This document shows positions 23,140 through 35,866 of a DNA stretch of 64,000 nt, piece after piece. Every line of letters begins with the position of its first letter. Within the stretch, counting starts at the first letter, position 1. Source of the stretch: an uncultured Acidobacteriota bacterium (GTDB lineage Bacteria; Acidobacteriota; Vicinamibacteria; Vicinamibacterales; UBA2999); NCBI GenBank assembly GCA_963757735.1, contig CAVWST010000021.1:88373-152372 (forward strand). Reading direction: 5' to 3'. Both the position numbers and the translations under genes were made by a program. The notes beneath the pieces were generated by a model. The model had not been told where the DNA came from and ran no database searches. It saw only the letters and a list, made by a program, of their open reading frames with translations.

Positions 23140-24870
23140 CTACCGCGGGTAACCGGCCTGGACGAACACCTTGTTCGCCTCGCCAAGTTCTCGTGCCGAA
23201 GGCGTGACGATCGTTCTGTCTCCGACGATGAGGGTCTTCCCGCTCTTCAACGCAGCCCGGACATCGTCTTCGCAGATGAAGTCCTTTGGGTTATCGGCCG
23301 CAAGCGGTTTTTCCTGCGCGTCCATCGGTGGGTCGGGGGAAGACTCACCGGGACGGAACCCTCGAGATGAAAGGAAGGCATCGACACGCGCCGAGAGCGC
23401 CTGCGCGGAGATCCCCGTGGAAACAGCGGGTGCCGGCGCCTTTGGAAGGCGCACGATCGGGGCTTGATTACTAGCTGACTTCGCGGGCGACCCGACGGCG
23501 GGCCGCACTTCGTACGCGAGACGCTTGATGTTGAGCAGATGGCGCGGCGAGATGTTGTCGGAGGTGATGTTCCCGCCCCAGCCTCCGCAACCCAGCGTCA
23601 TCGCGGGATCCAATCCGGTCGTCAACCCGATGGATCCATGGGTCGTCGGCGTGTTCACACAAATGCGAAACGCAGGTTTCTTCAGCCCAAATTGCAGGAT
23701 CACATCGTCGTTTTTCGAGTGGATCGACATGGAGTGACCCATGCCGCCGTATCGAAGGATCTGGATGCAGCGCTCGCAGCCTTCGCGCCAGTCCTTGACG
23801 ACATACCAGGAGAGGACCGGACACAGCTTCTCTATGGAAAGGGGATAGTCGCGGCCGACGCCGGCCAGCGGGGCAATGAGAACTGTCGTCCCTGCGGGTG
23901 CGGAGATCCCGGCCTTGCCGGCGATGAACAGGGCCGACTTCCCAACGAGCGCAGGATTCGGGAGGCGCTGTGGGGTGACGAGTACCTTCGCAAGCAGGTC
24001 CATCTCGGCCTGATTGAGGAAGTAGGCCCCGCGCGCTTCGAATCGGCGACGCGACTCGTCTGCCACTGATTCATCGACGACAACCGAGTTCGGCGACGAA
24101 CACAGCACGCCAAAGTCGAATGTCTTTCCAAGCACGATGTCGCTGGCCGCTTTATCGAGATCAGCGCTCGCTTCGATGTAGCAGGGAGCGTTCCCTGGAC
24201 CAACACCGTACGCAGGTTTACCGGCGCTGTACGCCGCACGCACGAGTCCCATGCCGCCGGTCGCGAGAATCACCGCGACCTCGCGCTGCTTCATCAGTTC
24301 CTGGGTCCCTTCGAGCGTGACCGTCTTCATCCACCCGATACTTCCCGTCGGTGCAGCAGCCCGCTCCGCAGCCTCTGCCATGATCTCCACGGTTCGCGTG
24401 ATGCATCGCGCGGCCGAAGGATGAGGGCTGATGACGATGGGACAGCGCGCTTTCAGGGAGATCAACACCTTATAGATCGCTGTTGACGTCGGGTTCGTGG
24501 ATGGAACGATCGCTGCGACGACGCCGAAGGGCTCTGCGATCTCGACGATCTTCCTGTCCTCGATTCGGTTCACCACCCCGACGGTCTTCATCGGCTTGAT
24601 GAACTCGTACACCTGCCTCGACGAGAACAGGTTCTTCTGGACCTTGTCGGCAACCACGCCGTAACCGGTCTCCTCGACCGCGAGCTGCGCCAGTGCCTCG
24701 GCGTGAGCGGTGGCCGCTTCCGCCATCATCGTGACGATGCGATCGATCTGTTCCTGTGAGAGCTCGGCGAGAAGAGGTTGCGCCTGACGGGCCGCGCGAG
24801 CTAATGCCCGCGCCTCGGCGATCGACGTCAGATCCTTGTCCGTCTGAGGGGCAGTGTCCTGGACAGCCAT
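23140..24870 (-). CDS. Acylating aldehyde dehydrogenase (EutE/PduP/AdhE-N type) with C-terminal extension
   Basis: [33 protein letters not shown], catalytic Cys in [23 protein letters not shown]; about 120 aa of extra C-terminus. Confidence 0.9.
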   Translation of the reverse strand: MAVQDTAPQTDKDLTSIAEARALARAARQAQPLLAELSQEQIDRIVTMMAEAATAHAEALAQLAVEETGYGVVADKVQKNLFSSRQVYEFIKPMKTVGVVNRIEDRKIVEIAEPFGVVAAIVPSTNPTSTAIYKVLISLKARCPIVISPHPSAARCITRTVEIMAEAAERAAAPTGSIGWMKTVTLEGTQELMKQREVAVILATGGMGLVRAAYSAGKPAYGVGPGNAPCYIEASADLDKAASDIVLGKTFDFGVLCSSPNSVVVDESVADESRRRFEARGAYFLNQAEMDLLAKVLVTPQRLPNPALVGKSALFIAGKAGISAPAGTTVLIAPLAGVGRDYPLSIEKLCPVLSWYVVKDWREGCERCIQILRYGGMGHSMSIHSKNDDVILQFGLKKPAFRICVNTPTTHGSIGLTTGLDPAMTLGCGGWGGNITSDNISPRHLLNIKRLAYEVRPAVGSPAKSASNQAPIVRLPKAPAPAVSTGISAQALSARVDAFLSSRGFRPGESSPDPPMDAQEKPLAADNPKDFICEDDVRAALKSGKTLIVGDRTIVTPSARELGEANKVFVQAGYPR

Positions 24871-24894
24871 GACTCGGTCAGGCCCTGGGGGTTC

Positions 24895-25170
24895 CTACGA
24901 CTTGGGAAGTATGCGCTCGACCTCGGCGTGGGGGCGCGGGATCACATGAACTGAGACGAGTTCCCCGACGCGTCGCGCGGCCGCGGCACCGGCATCAGTG
25001 GCAGCCTTGACAGCTCCGACATCTCCGCGGACGAGAACCGTTACATAACCGGCCCCGATATATTCCTTGCCCACGAGCACGACGTTGGCGGTCTTGACCA
25101 TTGCATCCGCAGCCTCAATAGAGCCGATCAAACCGCGGGTTTCAACCATTCCGAGTGCGTCGGATGTCAT
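24895..25170 (-). CDS. Bacterial microcompartment hexameric shell protein (BMC-H, EutM/PduA-like)
   Basis: [49 protein letters not shown]. Confidence 0.95.
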   Translation of the reverse strand: MTSDALGMVETRGLIGSIEAADAMVKTANVVLVGKEYIGAGYVTVLVRGDVGAVKAATDAGAAAARRVGELVSVHVIPRPHAEVERILPKS

Positions 25171-25179
25171 GCGGTGGAG

Positions 25180-25189
25180 ATAGTATCAT
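25180..25189. promoter_or_regulatory. Overlapping divergent -10 elements (bidirectional, near-leaderless promoter)
   Basis: Minus-strand TACTAT (25180-85) lies 9 nt from the BMC-H ATG; plus-strand TATCAT (25184-89) lies 10 nt from ATG 25200; the intergenic gap is only 29 bp. Confidence 0.5.
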
Positions 25190-25199
25190 TCCACCCGAG

Positions 25200-26081
25200 A
25201 TGCTCAGATATTCCGCGCCCTTCACAGTGGCGATGACTATATTGATCGTCGCCTGTAACAGGTCGCCCGCCGACGACGCGAAGCCGGTTGCCTCGGCGTC
25301 GGTGTCGGTCAGCCCCGCGGTCGTGGCCTCCGGTATGCCGGTGGAGCTCGATGTCAAGTTCGCCGTCGCCCCTGACGCCCCTCCGTTTCACGAGGATTAC
25401 GAGGTCTTCGTCCACGTTGTCGACGACGACGGTCGTATGATCGGCGCGGCCGATCATGCGCCGCCCACTCCGACGAAGGAGTGGAGGGCGGGCTCAACCA
25501 TTGAATACAAACACACCGGTTATGCGCCCATTTCCGACTACGTCGGATACGCGACGTTCGTGGTGGGACTCTATTCGAAGTCATCGGGCGAGCGACTGCC
25601 CCTGGCAGGTGAGGCCATCGAGGGGCGCGCGGTGAAAGCAGGCTCGTTCGAGATTCGCGAGCGGTCGGAGCCGTACACGGTGATCTTCCGAGACGGTTGG
25701 CACCCTCCGGAAGCACCGAAGGGATCGGGGGTCGAATGGCGATGGTCAACCAAGTCGGGCACATTGACGTTCGCGAACCCAAAGCAGGACGTTGAGCTCA
25801 CGCTCGAGCTCGACCAGCCGAATAGGGTGTTTTCGGTGCCCCAGCACGTTGAAATCCGTTTGGGAGGCTCGGTCGTAGACGATTTCGATCTGGAACCAAG
25901 TACCCTGATGGTGCGCAAGATTGCACTCGGTCCGGACCAGTTCGGGGAGAGTCAGAGCGTCGCGTTGGCGGTCGTGTCTGACAAGACCTTTGTGCCGGCC
26001 AGGCTCGTTGCGCTTCAAAGCACTGACACACGACAGTTGGGGGTGCGGGTATTCCGCGCGCTCGTGCAGCCGAAACAATAG
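25200..26081 (+). CDS. Hypothetical lipoprotein (beta-rich), first gene of the pilus/secretion operon
   Basis: Signal peptide ending in lipobox IVA|C; the ORF runs up to the pilC RBS. Confidence 0.7.
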   Translation: MLRYSAPFTVAMTILIVACNRSPADDAKPVASASVSVSPAVVASGMPVELDVKFAVAPDAPPFHEDYEVFVHVVDDDGRMIGAADHAPPTPTKEWRAGSTIEYKHTGYAPISDYVGYATFVVGLYSKSSGERLPLAGEAIEGRAVKAGSFEIRERSEPYTVIFRDGWHPPEAPKGSGVEWRWSTKSGTLTFANPKQDVELTLELDQPNRVFSVPQHVEIRLGGSVVDDFDLEPSTLMVRKIALGPDQFGESQSVALAVVSDKTFVPARLVALQSTDTRQLGVRVFRALVQPKQ

Positions 26082-26103
26082 AGGAGCAGGTCTAAAGGAC
26101 GAA

Positions 26104-27308
26104 ATGGAGTTTCGGTGTCGACTCGGTACGCCAGGCGGCGAGATTGTAGAAGGCGTCTACAACGCCGATAGCGAGGCACGCCTCCGTCGCGAACTGGAGG
26201 AAAAGGGGATGTACGTCCTGTCCCTCCAGCGCCGGGCCGTGCTCTCTCTATCCTTGGCCGCCCGTCGGCAGCGGATTAAGCGCCAGGAGTTCCTGGTCTT
26301 CAATCAGGAGCTGGCCACCCTGCTGAAGGCCGGAATGCCGCTGGTCCAGTCGCTCGACATCCTTCGCCAGAGGGTCGGAAACCCGACATTCAAGTCGGTT
26401 CTGGACAGCGTTTACGACAGGGTCAGGAGCGGAACAGCGCTATCGGACGCCTTCAACGAGCACGGGACGCTGTTCCCGCCGGTCTACTCGGCGTCGCTGC
26501 TCGCCGGCGAGCGGAGCGGAAACCTGGATGCCGTTATCCGGCGGTATGTCGCCTACGAAAAGATCATCGGGGCCGTCAAACGGCGCACGCTTTCTGCCCT
26601 GATTTACCCGGCGATCCTGGTGACGATGATGATCACCCTCGTCGGAATCATCGTCTTGAGGGTGGTGCCCGCCTTCTCCGATTTCTATGCGACCTTCGAT
26701 AAAGGACTACCCCTTTCTACACGGATCGTCGTCGCGATCTCAAACGGGGTCGTCTCCAACATCGGTTTTATCGCTGTTGGGGTAGTTGGCCTGGCTGTTG
26801 CAGCGACGGTCTGGTCCCGCCAGCCCGCTCAGCGTCACCGACTGGACAGATGGGTGCTCGACCTTCCGTGGGTCGGCGAGACCGTCCGAAAGTTTTCCAC
26901 GTCGCAATTGGCGCGCATGTTGGCGACACTGCTTGGGGGTGGGATTCCGCTCGTGAACGCCCTCGAAATCAGCGTGCGGTCGTTGTCGAACCAGCATCTC
27001 GCCCGTGAGTTGGATCGGGTTCGCGTGCGCGTTCAGGAAGGGCAGGGGTTTGCCGCGGCGCTGCGCGAACGGAACATCTTCCCTGACGTGGCCGTGAAGA
27101 TGGTGGAAGTTGGAGAGTCCACCGGTGCTCTCCAGGAAATGTTGAATAGCCTGGCAGAGTTCTACGACGAGGAAATTGAGACGGAGGTCGGGCGGTTTAT
27201 CACCTTGGTGGAGCCAGTTCTGCTCGTGTTCATGGGGATCGTCATTGCCATCGTCGTGCTGGCCCTGTATATGCCGCTGTTCGAATTGAGCTCCATAGTA
27301 GGCGTGTA

Positions 27309-27309
<1 letters not shown>
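26104..27309 (+). CDS. pilC: Type IV pilus/T2SS inner-membrane platform protein (PilC/GspF)
   Basis: FNQELATLLKAGMPL, AGERSGNL, ALIYP, VGESTGAL, LVEP, ALYMPLF. Confidence 0.9.
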
Positions 27310-28927
<1,618 letters not shown>

Positions 28928-28931
<4 letters not shown>

Positions 28932-29887
28932 GCATCCTCGCGTCATGGCTGGCCAGCCCGCCGCTCGAAGCGGCGCTCGAGATCTCACCCGCCGCGGTGT
29001 CTGTGGCGGTGCTTGGCGGCCGCAGCTCGAACCCGGTGGTACAGGGTTATGCCGTCGAACCGTTACCGCCAGGCGCGGTCACGCCTTCTCTCACATCCAC
29101 GAACATTGCCGACCCTGACGCCGTCGCGCGCGCACTCGACTCCGCCTGCCAGAGTCTGGGTCTCAAGCCGAAGCGCGTCGCCGTCGTGATTCCCGACGTG
29201 GCCGCCAAGGTATCGCTCGTTCGTTTCGATCAGACACCGACCCGGCGTGACGATCTCAATCAGTTGATTCGGTGGCAGGTGAAGAAGTCGACGCCATTTC
29301 CAGTGGACGATGCCTGCCTCACGTACACAGCCGGCGCGCACCAGACGGGCGGCAGCGAATTCGTCGTCGTAGTCGCGCGTCGGGAAACAATCCGCGAATA
29401 CGAGAGCGTCTGCGAACGAATCGGCATTGAAGCCGGTCTCGTGGACATCTCCACGTTTGCGGTGATCAACCTCTTTCTGAGCTCCAATCTCGGCACTGCG
29501 GGCGACTGGCTCGTGGTCCACATGCGCCCGGAGTACACGTCGATTGCGATCCTGCGCCGCGATGACGTCCTCTTCTTCCGCAATCGCGTTGAGGGCGACG
29601 CGGAAGCCATGGAAGATGTCGTCCATCAGACCGCGATGTACTACCAGGATCGACTCGAGGGTCGCGGGTTCAGCCGGATCTTGCTCGGCGGGATCGGGCG
29701 GCTTCAGGGTGAAGTCGATCTGGCGCGTCGAAACCTCGAGGCGCGCATGGGAACTGTCGTCGAGCCCATCGACCCGACTCGCGGAGCCGCGCTCACCGAT
29801 CGCATCACGGCGACACCTGAGTTGATGGCGACACTGTCGCCGCTGGTGGGAATGCTGCTCCGGACTCGAAAAGAGGCAGCGGCCTGA
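28928..29887 (+). CDS. pilM: PilM-like actin-fold alignment protein
   Basis: Operon position; PLPPGAV, IRWQVKKSTPF and ILLGG resemble PilM. Confidence 0.75.
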
Positions 29888-30504
29888 TGCTGAGAACAAA
29901 TCTCTCAACGCGGCCGTTCTATAACATCCGCGCGGTGCAGGTGGCGCTTGGCGCCCTGGCGCTGCTCGTCATTGTCCTGACGCTGCTGAACCTGGTGCAA
30001 CTGATCCGGCTGACCAGCAGCGGACGCGCCCTCGGAGCACGGGCGGAGCAGGCAGAGGCCGATGCCCAGCGTCTGCGCGACGAAGCCCGGCGCATTCGAT
30101 CGCAGATCGACGCGAAGGAATTGAACGACGTAGCGGCCGCCGCAGAAGAGGCCAACGCGATCATCGACCTGCGCGCGTTCTCGTGGTCGGAGCTGTTCTC
30201 GCAGCTCGAGACAACAGAGCCTGAGAACGTGCGACTGACCAGTTTTCAGACCGTGGAAGATCGAACGGGTAGGTTGATCGTGAATCTGCGCGTGCAGGCG
30301 CGTCAGGTGCAGGATCTCGAGTCCTTTATCGACGCACTCGAAAAGACGGGCCGGTTCCACGAAGTGCTCGTCGCGGAGGAGCAAACCACTCCAGAGGGGC
30401 TGATCAACGCGGTCGTTGAAGGGGTCTATACACCTCCAGCCTCAGAACCCACGCCACAGGCCGCGGCCTCCAGGCCGAGCATCACAGGAGCCGCCGGTGA
30501 GTGA
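29887..30504 (+). CDS. pilN: PilN-like protein
   Basis: N-terminal TNLS..P motif, single TM, coiled coil, WSELFSQLE..PENVRLTS. Confidence 0.75.
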   Translation: MLRTNLSTRPFYNIRAVQVALGALALLVIVLTLLNLVQLIRLTSSGRALGARAEQAEADAQRLRDEARRIRSQIDAKELNDVAAAAEEANAIIDLRAFSWSELFSQLETTEPENVRLTSFQTVEDRTGRLIVNLRVQARQVQDLESFIDALEKTGRFHEVLVAEEQTTPEGLINAVVEGVYTPPASEPTPQAAASRPSITGAAGE

Positions 30505-31090
30505 CGCCCACCAGAGCGTGATCCAGCGGGTCATCGCTGAGCACCGGCGTGTGGTATATGCGCTTATCGCCGGCGTCGTGATCAACTTCCTTGTCTTTGC
30601 GTTCTTCGTGTATCCGCTCCAGAGCGATGTTGCCAACGTCGAGCAGCGGACGCGAGCCGCGGAGGAAGCGCTCGCGGCTGCCCAGGCCGACTACGCGCGG
30701 GCGAATGGCACGCTCACTGGCAAGGATCGCGCGCTCAAGGAGCTCGACACATTTTACAGCCGCGTCCTCGCCCAGGATCTGACCGGAGCCAGACGCCTCA
30801 CCTTCGCACGACTGGCGCAGCTGGCCGCAAAGTCGCGACTCGACTTCGAGCGCCGTAAATACGAACCGGTGGTCGAACGCGGAAGCAACCTGACGCGGCT
30901 GAAGGTCACGATGGATCTCGCCGGGAGCTACGCGGATATCCGCGACTTCATTCACGAGATCGAGTCGTCGCCGGAGTTCGTCGTGATCGACGATGTGGGC
31001 CTGATGGAAGGCGTGCAAGACGGCGACTCGGTGCGCCTGACGTTGCAGCTTTCGACCTACTTCCGGACGACGGAGACGACCGAGCCATGA
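30497..31090 (+). CDS. pilO: PilO/GspM-like protein
   Basis: TM plus coiled coil; GSYADIRDFIHEIE motif; GTG 30497. Confidence 0.75.
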   Translation: MSDAHQSVIQRVIAEHRRVVYALIAGVVINFLVFAFFVYPLQSDVANVEQRTRAAEEALAAAQADYARANGTLTGKDRALKELDTFYSRVLAQDLTGARRLTFARLAQLAAKSRLDFERRKYEPVVERGSNLTRLKVTMDLAGSYADIRDFIHEIESSPEFVVIDDVGLMEGVQDGDSVRLTLQLSTYFRTTETTEP

Positions 31091-31626
31091 CGATGCGTTC
31101 TCGTCTGCTGCTCTTGCTTGTCGTCGCCGCGATCGTCGGCGGAGCTTTCTACTTCGTGCGTTCTCCCGCGGCGCCCGTCGACGGCGGTACGACCGTCCCC
31201 GCCGGTGGAGCACAGACGTCGCGTCAGGGCAACCCGGTCGGAGATGTGCGGCTCGAGTCACTGGACCAGCAGGATGACGCCAGGTCGACGCCCAGCCGCG
31301 ATGTATTCCGATTCGAAGAGAAGCGTGCGGCTATTGCCGTACCACCGCAACCAACGCCTCGAGTGCCGGTCGAGCCTGTGCCACAAGCGCCGACCGGACC
31401 GCCACCGCCTCCGCCGATTCCGCTCCGGTACATCGGGTATCTCGATCAGCCCGGGGAAGTCCCACGAGTCGCGGTGCTGAGTGATGGTCGTGGCAACGTG
31501 TTCAACGGGAAAGAGGGCGACGTCATCGAAGGCCGATATCGCGTGTTGCGAATTGGCAACGATTCAGCTGACCTGATCTACGTCGATGGACGTGGACGGC
31601 AGACTATTCGGCTGTCAGGACAATGA
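31087..31626 (+). CDS. PilP/GspC-like periplasmic protein
   Basis: TM, RDVFRF, Pro-rich linker, LRYIG..GDVIEGRYRV beta domain; precedes the secretin. Confidence 0.65.
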   Translation: MTMRSRLLLLLVVAAIVGGAFYFVRSPAAPVDGGTTVPAGGAQTSRQGNPVGDVRLESLDQQDDARSTPSRDVFRFEEKRAAIAVPPQPTPRVPVEPVPQAPTGPPPPPPIPLRYIGYLDQPGEVPRVAVLSDGRGNVFNGKEGDVIEGRYRVLRIGNDSADLIYVDGRGRQTIRLSGQ

Positions 31627-33971
31627 GACATTCACACGCAACTATTGCTGCCTTCGTCGTATTGGCCATTGTGGCCGCTGGCTGCGCGGCCAGGAGCGCC
31701 TACTCGAAAGGCGACACCGCCGCGAGAGCCGGCGACTGGGACGCTGCCGTCGAGCAATATCGCAAGGCTCTTCAGGAGGATCCCCAGAACGTCCAGTACA
31801 GGATCTCGTACGAACGGGCGAATCTCAGCGCGGCCGGCATACACATCGACGCCGGGCGACTCGCCGAAGCGCGGGGACAGCTCGATCAGGCTCTGATGGA
31901 GTTCCGTCGCGCGAGCGAGTACGACCCTGCCAATCGAGCCATCGCAGGGAAGGTGCTCGATCTCGAACGCAAGCTCCGGGATCAAATCGAACAGAGTCGC
32001 CCGCGGCCGTCGGCGCAGCAGCTCCGTCAAGCCGCACGGGCAGGGCAGGCAGCGCCTCTCTTCAACTTCAACAGCGTCGTTCAACCGATTCGCTTCCAGC
32101 AGGCCAGCCTGCGCGACATCTTCAATTTCGTCGGCGAAGCGACCGGCATCAACGTGACGTACGACAGCACCTACCAGGATCGCGTCTACACGGTGAACCT
32201 CGTTGAGGTCACGCTGGAGCAGGCCCTGCAGCAGATCGTCGCGGCCAATGCCCTCTTCTACAAGGTCATGAACCCGAAGACGATCATGATCATCCCTGAC
32301 AACGCGCAGAAGCGCGCGCAATACGAGGAGCAGGTCATCGTCAGCTTCCCGTTGTCGTACGTGGACTCGCAGGAGCTTGCACAGACGATCAACCAGGTCA
32401 TTCGTCCTGTGGGGCAGGCGCTCGCGCCGGCGGTGACCGCCAACAAGAGCACGAACACCGTCACGATCCGAGCGACCACATCGATGATGGCCATCATCGA
32501 GCGCATGATCGAGACGCTCGACAAGCCGCGCGCCGAGATCGTCGTCGACGTGCAGATCCTCGAGGTCAGCCGGAACCGCGCGCAGCAGTACGGCCTCGAT
32601 CTCGGCACGTACGCGATCAACGCGGTGTTCTCGCCTGAGGTCGATCCGCGCATCGCCGGAGGTGGCGGGACGACCGAAAACGGTACGACGCTCAACCCAC
32701 GGCCTTTCAATCTCAACACGGTCTCGCGCGGCATCAGCACCAGCGACTTCTATCTTGCCGTTCCGTCGGCGGTGGTCCGATTCCTCGAGACCGACTCAGA
32801 GACGAAGGTCATCGCCAAGCCGCAGCTTCGCGGCGCCGAAGGCTCGGACCTCAAGCTGAATCTCGGTGAAGACATCCCGGTCCCGTCGACGACGTTCACG
32901 CCGCTCGCGCAGGGCGGAGCGAACTTCAACCCGCTGACGTCGTTCACGTATCGCCCCGTCGGTGTGACGGTGCAGATGACGCCGCGCGTCAGCATCGAAG
33001 GCGACATTCAGATCAAGCTGATGATCGAGAGCAGCAACCTCGGCGCGGGGATCACGATCGCGGGACAGGAGCTGCCATCGTTCGGATCGCGGCGCGTCGA
33101 GACGGACCTGAGACTGCGGGAAGGTGAATCCACTCTGCTCGCGGGTCTCTTGCAGGAGCAGCAGCGCCGGCAGCTCTCCGGGTTGCCCTGGGTGATGCAT
33201 CTGCCCGTGATCAAGCAGCTGTTCTCGGCGAACGACAACTCGATTCAGCAGTCGGACGTCGTGATGCTGCTGACTCCGCGAATCGTGCGGTCTCGCGAGT
33301 TCACCGCCAACGACCTCGGACCCATCTACATCGGCACGCAGTCGAACCTCGGGCTCAGCGGACCGCCTCCGTTGATCGGCGCGGCGCCCGAACCCGGCCA
33401 GGCTGGCGCCGCGGCACCCGCACCGGCGGGACAGCCGCTCGCGCAGCCCCAGGCACCAGCTCCGGCTGCGGTCCCAGCACCCGCTCCGCAGCAGCCGGCG
33501 CCGCCCGTTCCGAATCCATTGGGTGCTGCGGTGCCCGGCCCCACGTCTGTCGCGGCGGGGCAGGTCGTGGTTTCGGTTCCTGGTCCAGAGTTCCGTGTCG
33601 GCGGAGGGCCGTACCTCGTGCCGATTTCGATCACGAACGCATCGCAACTCTCCGGCGTGACGCTCACCGTGACATACAACCCTGCCGTCATTCGACTCGT
33701 GAACGTGCAGGAGGGGAGCTTCATGCGCGCCGGCGGCGTGAATGCGTCGTTCACCCAGCAGCCTGATCCTGTCGCAGGACGCGTGGACATCGCCGTCGTT
33801 CGCCGCGGTGACATCACAGGCGTGGCGGGAACCGGGTTACTCGCGGGGCTGCTCTTCGAGCCTGTCGCACCTGGCGCCGCAAATCTGAATGTGACCGGAT
33901 CGGCGAGCGGGCCGAATGGGAGTCCCGTCAGCCTGCAGTTTTCTGCGGTCCCGGCGGTGAGAGTGCAGTGA
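31623..33971 (+). CDS. Secretin (GspD/PilQ family) lipoprotein with N-terminal TPRs and C-terminal cohesin-like domain
   Basis: Lipobox AAG|C, TPR-like helices, LDKPRAEIVVDVQILEV, IAKPQLR, LREGESTLLAGLL, LTPRIVR; Pro/Ala linker, then LTVTYNPAVI cohesin-like domain. Confidence 0.88.
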   Translation: MRHSHATIAAFVVLAIVAAGCAARSAYSKGDTAARAGDWDAAVEQYRKALQEDPQNVQYRISYERANLSAAGIHIDAGRLAEARGQLDQALMEFRRASEYDPANRAIAGKVLDLERKLRDQIEQSRPRPSAQQLRQAARAGQAAPLFNFNSVVQPIRFQQASLRDIFNFVGEATGINVTYDSTYQDRVYTVNLVEVTLEQALQQIVAANALFYKVMNPKTIMIIPDNAQKRAQYEEQVIVSFPLSYVDSQELAQTINQVIRPVGQALAPAVTANKSTNTVTIRATTSMMAIIERMIETLDKPRAEIVVDVQILEVSRNRAQQYGLDLGTYAINAVFSPEVDPRIAGGGGTTENGTTLNPRPFNLNTVSRGISTSDFYLAVPSAVVRFLETDSETKVIAKPQLRGAEGSDLKLNLGEDIPVPSTTFTPLAQGGANFNPLTSFTYRPVGVTVQMTPRVSIEGDIQIKLMIESSNLGAGITIAGQELPSFGSRRVETDLRLREGESTLLAGLLQEQQRRQLSGLPWVMHLPVIKQLFSANDNSIQQSDVVMLLTPRIVRSREFTANDLGPIYIGTQSNLGLSGPPPLIGAAPEPGQAGAAAPAPAGQPLAQPQAPAPAAVPAPAPQQPAPPVPNPLGAAVPGPTSVAAGQVVVSVPGPEFRVGGGPYLVPISITNASQLSGVTLTVTYNPAVIRLVNVQEGSFMRAGGVNASFTQQPDPVAGRVDIAVVRRGDITGVAGTGLLAGLLFEPVAPGAANLNVTGSASGPNGSPVSLQFSAVPAVRVQ

Positions 33972-34432
33972 ACGGCGAGCGCGGCTTCACGTTCATCGAG
34001 ATGATCGTCGTCACGACGATCCTGCTGGTCCTGGCGTCGACGGTCATGCCGCTGGCTCAGGTCACCATGCAGCGACAGCGTGAGGCGGAGCTCCATCGCG
34101 CGCTGCGCGAGATGCGGACGGCGCTCGACAAGTTCAAGGACGCCGTCGATCAGGGTCTCATCCCGTCAACCGAGCTCGAGCCGGCCAACGAAGGCTATCC
34201 GCCGGATCTCGAAACGCTCGTCGATGGCGTGTCGGTGGCCAACGACGCGTCGGGACGGAAACTCAAGTTCCTCCGTCGCATTCCGGTCGATCCGATGACC
34301 AGGGATGAATGGGGGTTGCGTTCGTATCAGGACGATCCCGACTCCAAGTCGTGGGGCGGCCAGAACGTGTTCGATGTCTATACGAAGAGCGAGGGCACGG
34401 CGCTCGACGGAACGAAATACCAGGACTGGTAA
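33968..34432 (+). CDS. GspG-like pseudopilin
   Basis: ERG|FTFIEM; YPPDLETLV; LRRIPVDPMT. Confidence 0.85.
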   Translation: MNGERGFTFIEMIVVTTILLVLASTVMPLAQVTMQRQREAELHRALREMRTALDKFKDAVDQGLIPSTELEPANEGYPPDLETLVDGVSVANDASGRKLKFLRRIPVDPMTRDEWGLRSYQDDPDSKSWGGQNVFDVYTKSEGTALDGTKYQDW

Positions 34433-34435
34433 CCA

Positions 34436-34858
34436 ATGGTGCGAAGAAACAACGGCGCTAACCTGCGCGACCGTCTCGACGGCTTCACGCTGATCGAGTT
34501 GCTGATCGTCATGGTGCTGCTCGTCCTGCTCGCAGGTGTAAGCCTGACCGTCTACGGCACGAGCGTTCAGCGCGGCAAGGAAGCGGCGCTCAAGGAAGAT
34601 CTCTTCCAGATGCGGAAAGCGATCGACGAGTACTACGCGGACAAGGGCAAGTACCCGTCAGACCTGCAAACGCTGGTGACGGAGAAATACCTGCGGACCA
34701 TCGCACCCGATCCGTTCACGGGATCGGCCGAGACGTGGCAGACGGTGCCGTCGGAGGCCGATCCATCCAATCCGTCGGCCGAGCCGGGCATCTCTGATGT
34801 GAAGAGCGGCTCCGATCAAACGGGGTCTGACGGCAAACCCTATTCTGAGTGGGAATGA
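34436..34858 (+). CDS. GspG-like pseudopilin
   Basis: DG|FTLIELLIV; AIDEYYADKGKYPSDLQTLV; PDPFTG. Confidence 0.88.
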   Translation: MVRRNNGANLRDRLDGFTLIELLIVMVLLVLLAGVSLTVYGTSVQRGKEAALKEDLFQMRKAIDEYYADKGKYPSDLQTLVTEKYLRTIAPDPFTGSAETWQTVPSEADPSNPSAEPGISDVKSGSDQTGSDGKPYSEWE

Positions 34859-35866
34859 TGATGTTGAGTCGAATCAGCTTTGTATGCGCGGTGCTCGTGG
34901 CCATCGTGGCTGTGGCGTGCGATACGATGCCACTAACCGCACCGTCAGGTTCGGCGCTGACGATCTCCGCCGGAAGCGCGTTCGTCGACCCCGGAGGCAC
35001 GACTCAAATCACCGCATACGTGCTTGAGTCGAGTGGGACGGCAGTACAAAACGGCACCACGGTCCACTTTTCGACCAATCTTGGTCGCGTGGATCCGGTC
35101 GACGCACTGACGACGAATGGTTATGCAGTAGCGACTTTCATGGCCGGTGATTCCTCCGGCGTCGCAGATGTTACGGCAACCTCCGGCGGCACTGGTGGGA
35201 CGACGTCCTCCGAGCACCGACAACGGGAATGGCGGGACCAGTACTCCGTCCACGACCAACAGCAACGTTGTGCGAATCACCGTGGGCGCAGCAGCCGCGG
35301 AGACGGTCGTTCTCGCAGCGAACCCAGGGTCTGTACCCTCGGGCGGTGGGACCGTCGACCTGATAGCGACCGTCACGGCCTCGAACGGTCGCAGACTGCC
35401 GGGACTGCTCGTAACGTTTGCGTCGTCAGACGGTACGCTCTCGAGTTCCTCGGCGGTGACCGACGCGAACGGTCAAGCACGAGTCACGCTGACGACAGAT
35501 CGGACGGCAACGGTGACGGCATCTGCGGGCGCGAAGCAGAGCACGGCAGTTACAGTGACACGTCGCGACCCTGCAGGCGTCGCAACGGCAACGCTCACTG
35601 CGACCGCTGGCACTCCCGTGCTTGGGTCCGGACAGTCGTTCGCGTTCACGGCCACCGTGAGCGTTACTCCGGCTGACCCGGCAATTCAACCGACCCGGTT
35701 TGAGTGGGCGTTCGGCGACGGCAGCTCGATCACCGCCAATAGCCCGAGTACGACTCACGTATACACGACCGGCGCGAATTCGCCAATTACCGTGACCGTG
35801 AAGATCGACCTCACGAACGGACAGACACTGGTCGCAACGACGCAGATCCAACTTGGAATGTTCTGA
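34855..35866 (+). CDS. Lipoprotein with two invasin-type Ig-like domains and a PKD domain (apparent frameshift near 35205)
   Basis: Lipobox AVA|C; TTNGYAVAT and VTDANGQARVTL Big_1-like motifs; FEWAFGDG..THVY PKD motif; ORFs 34849-35676 and 35147-35866 join. Confidence 0.7.
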
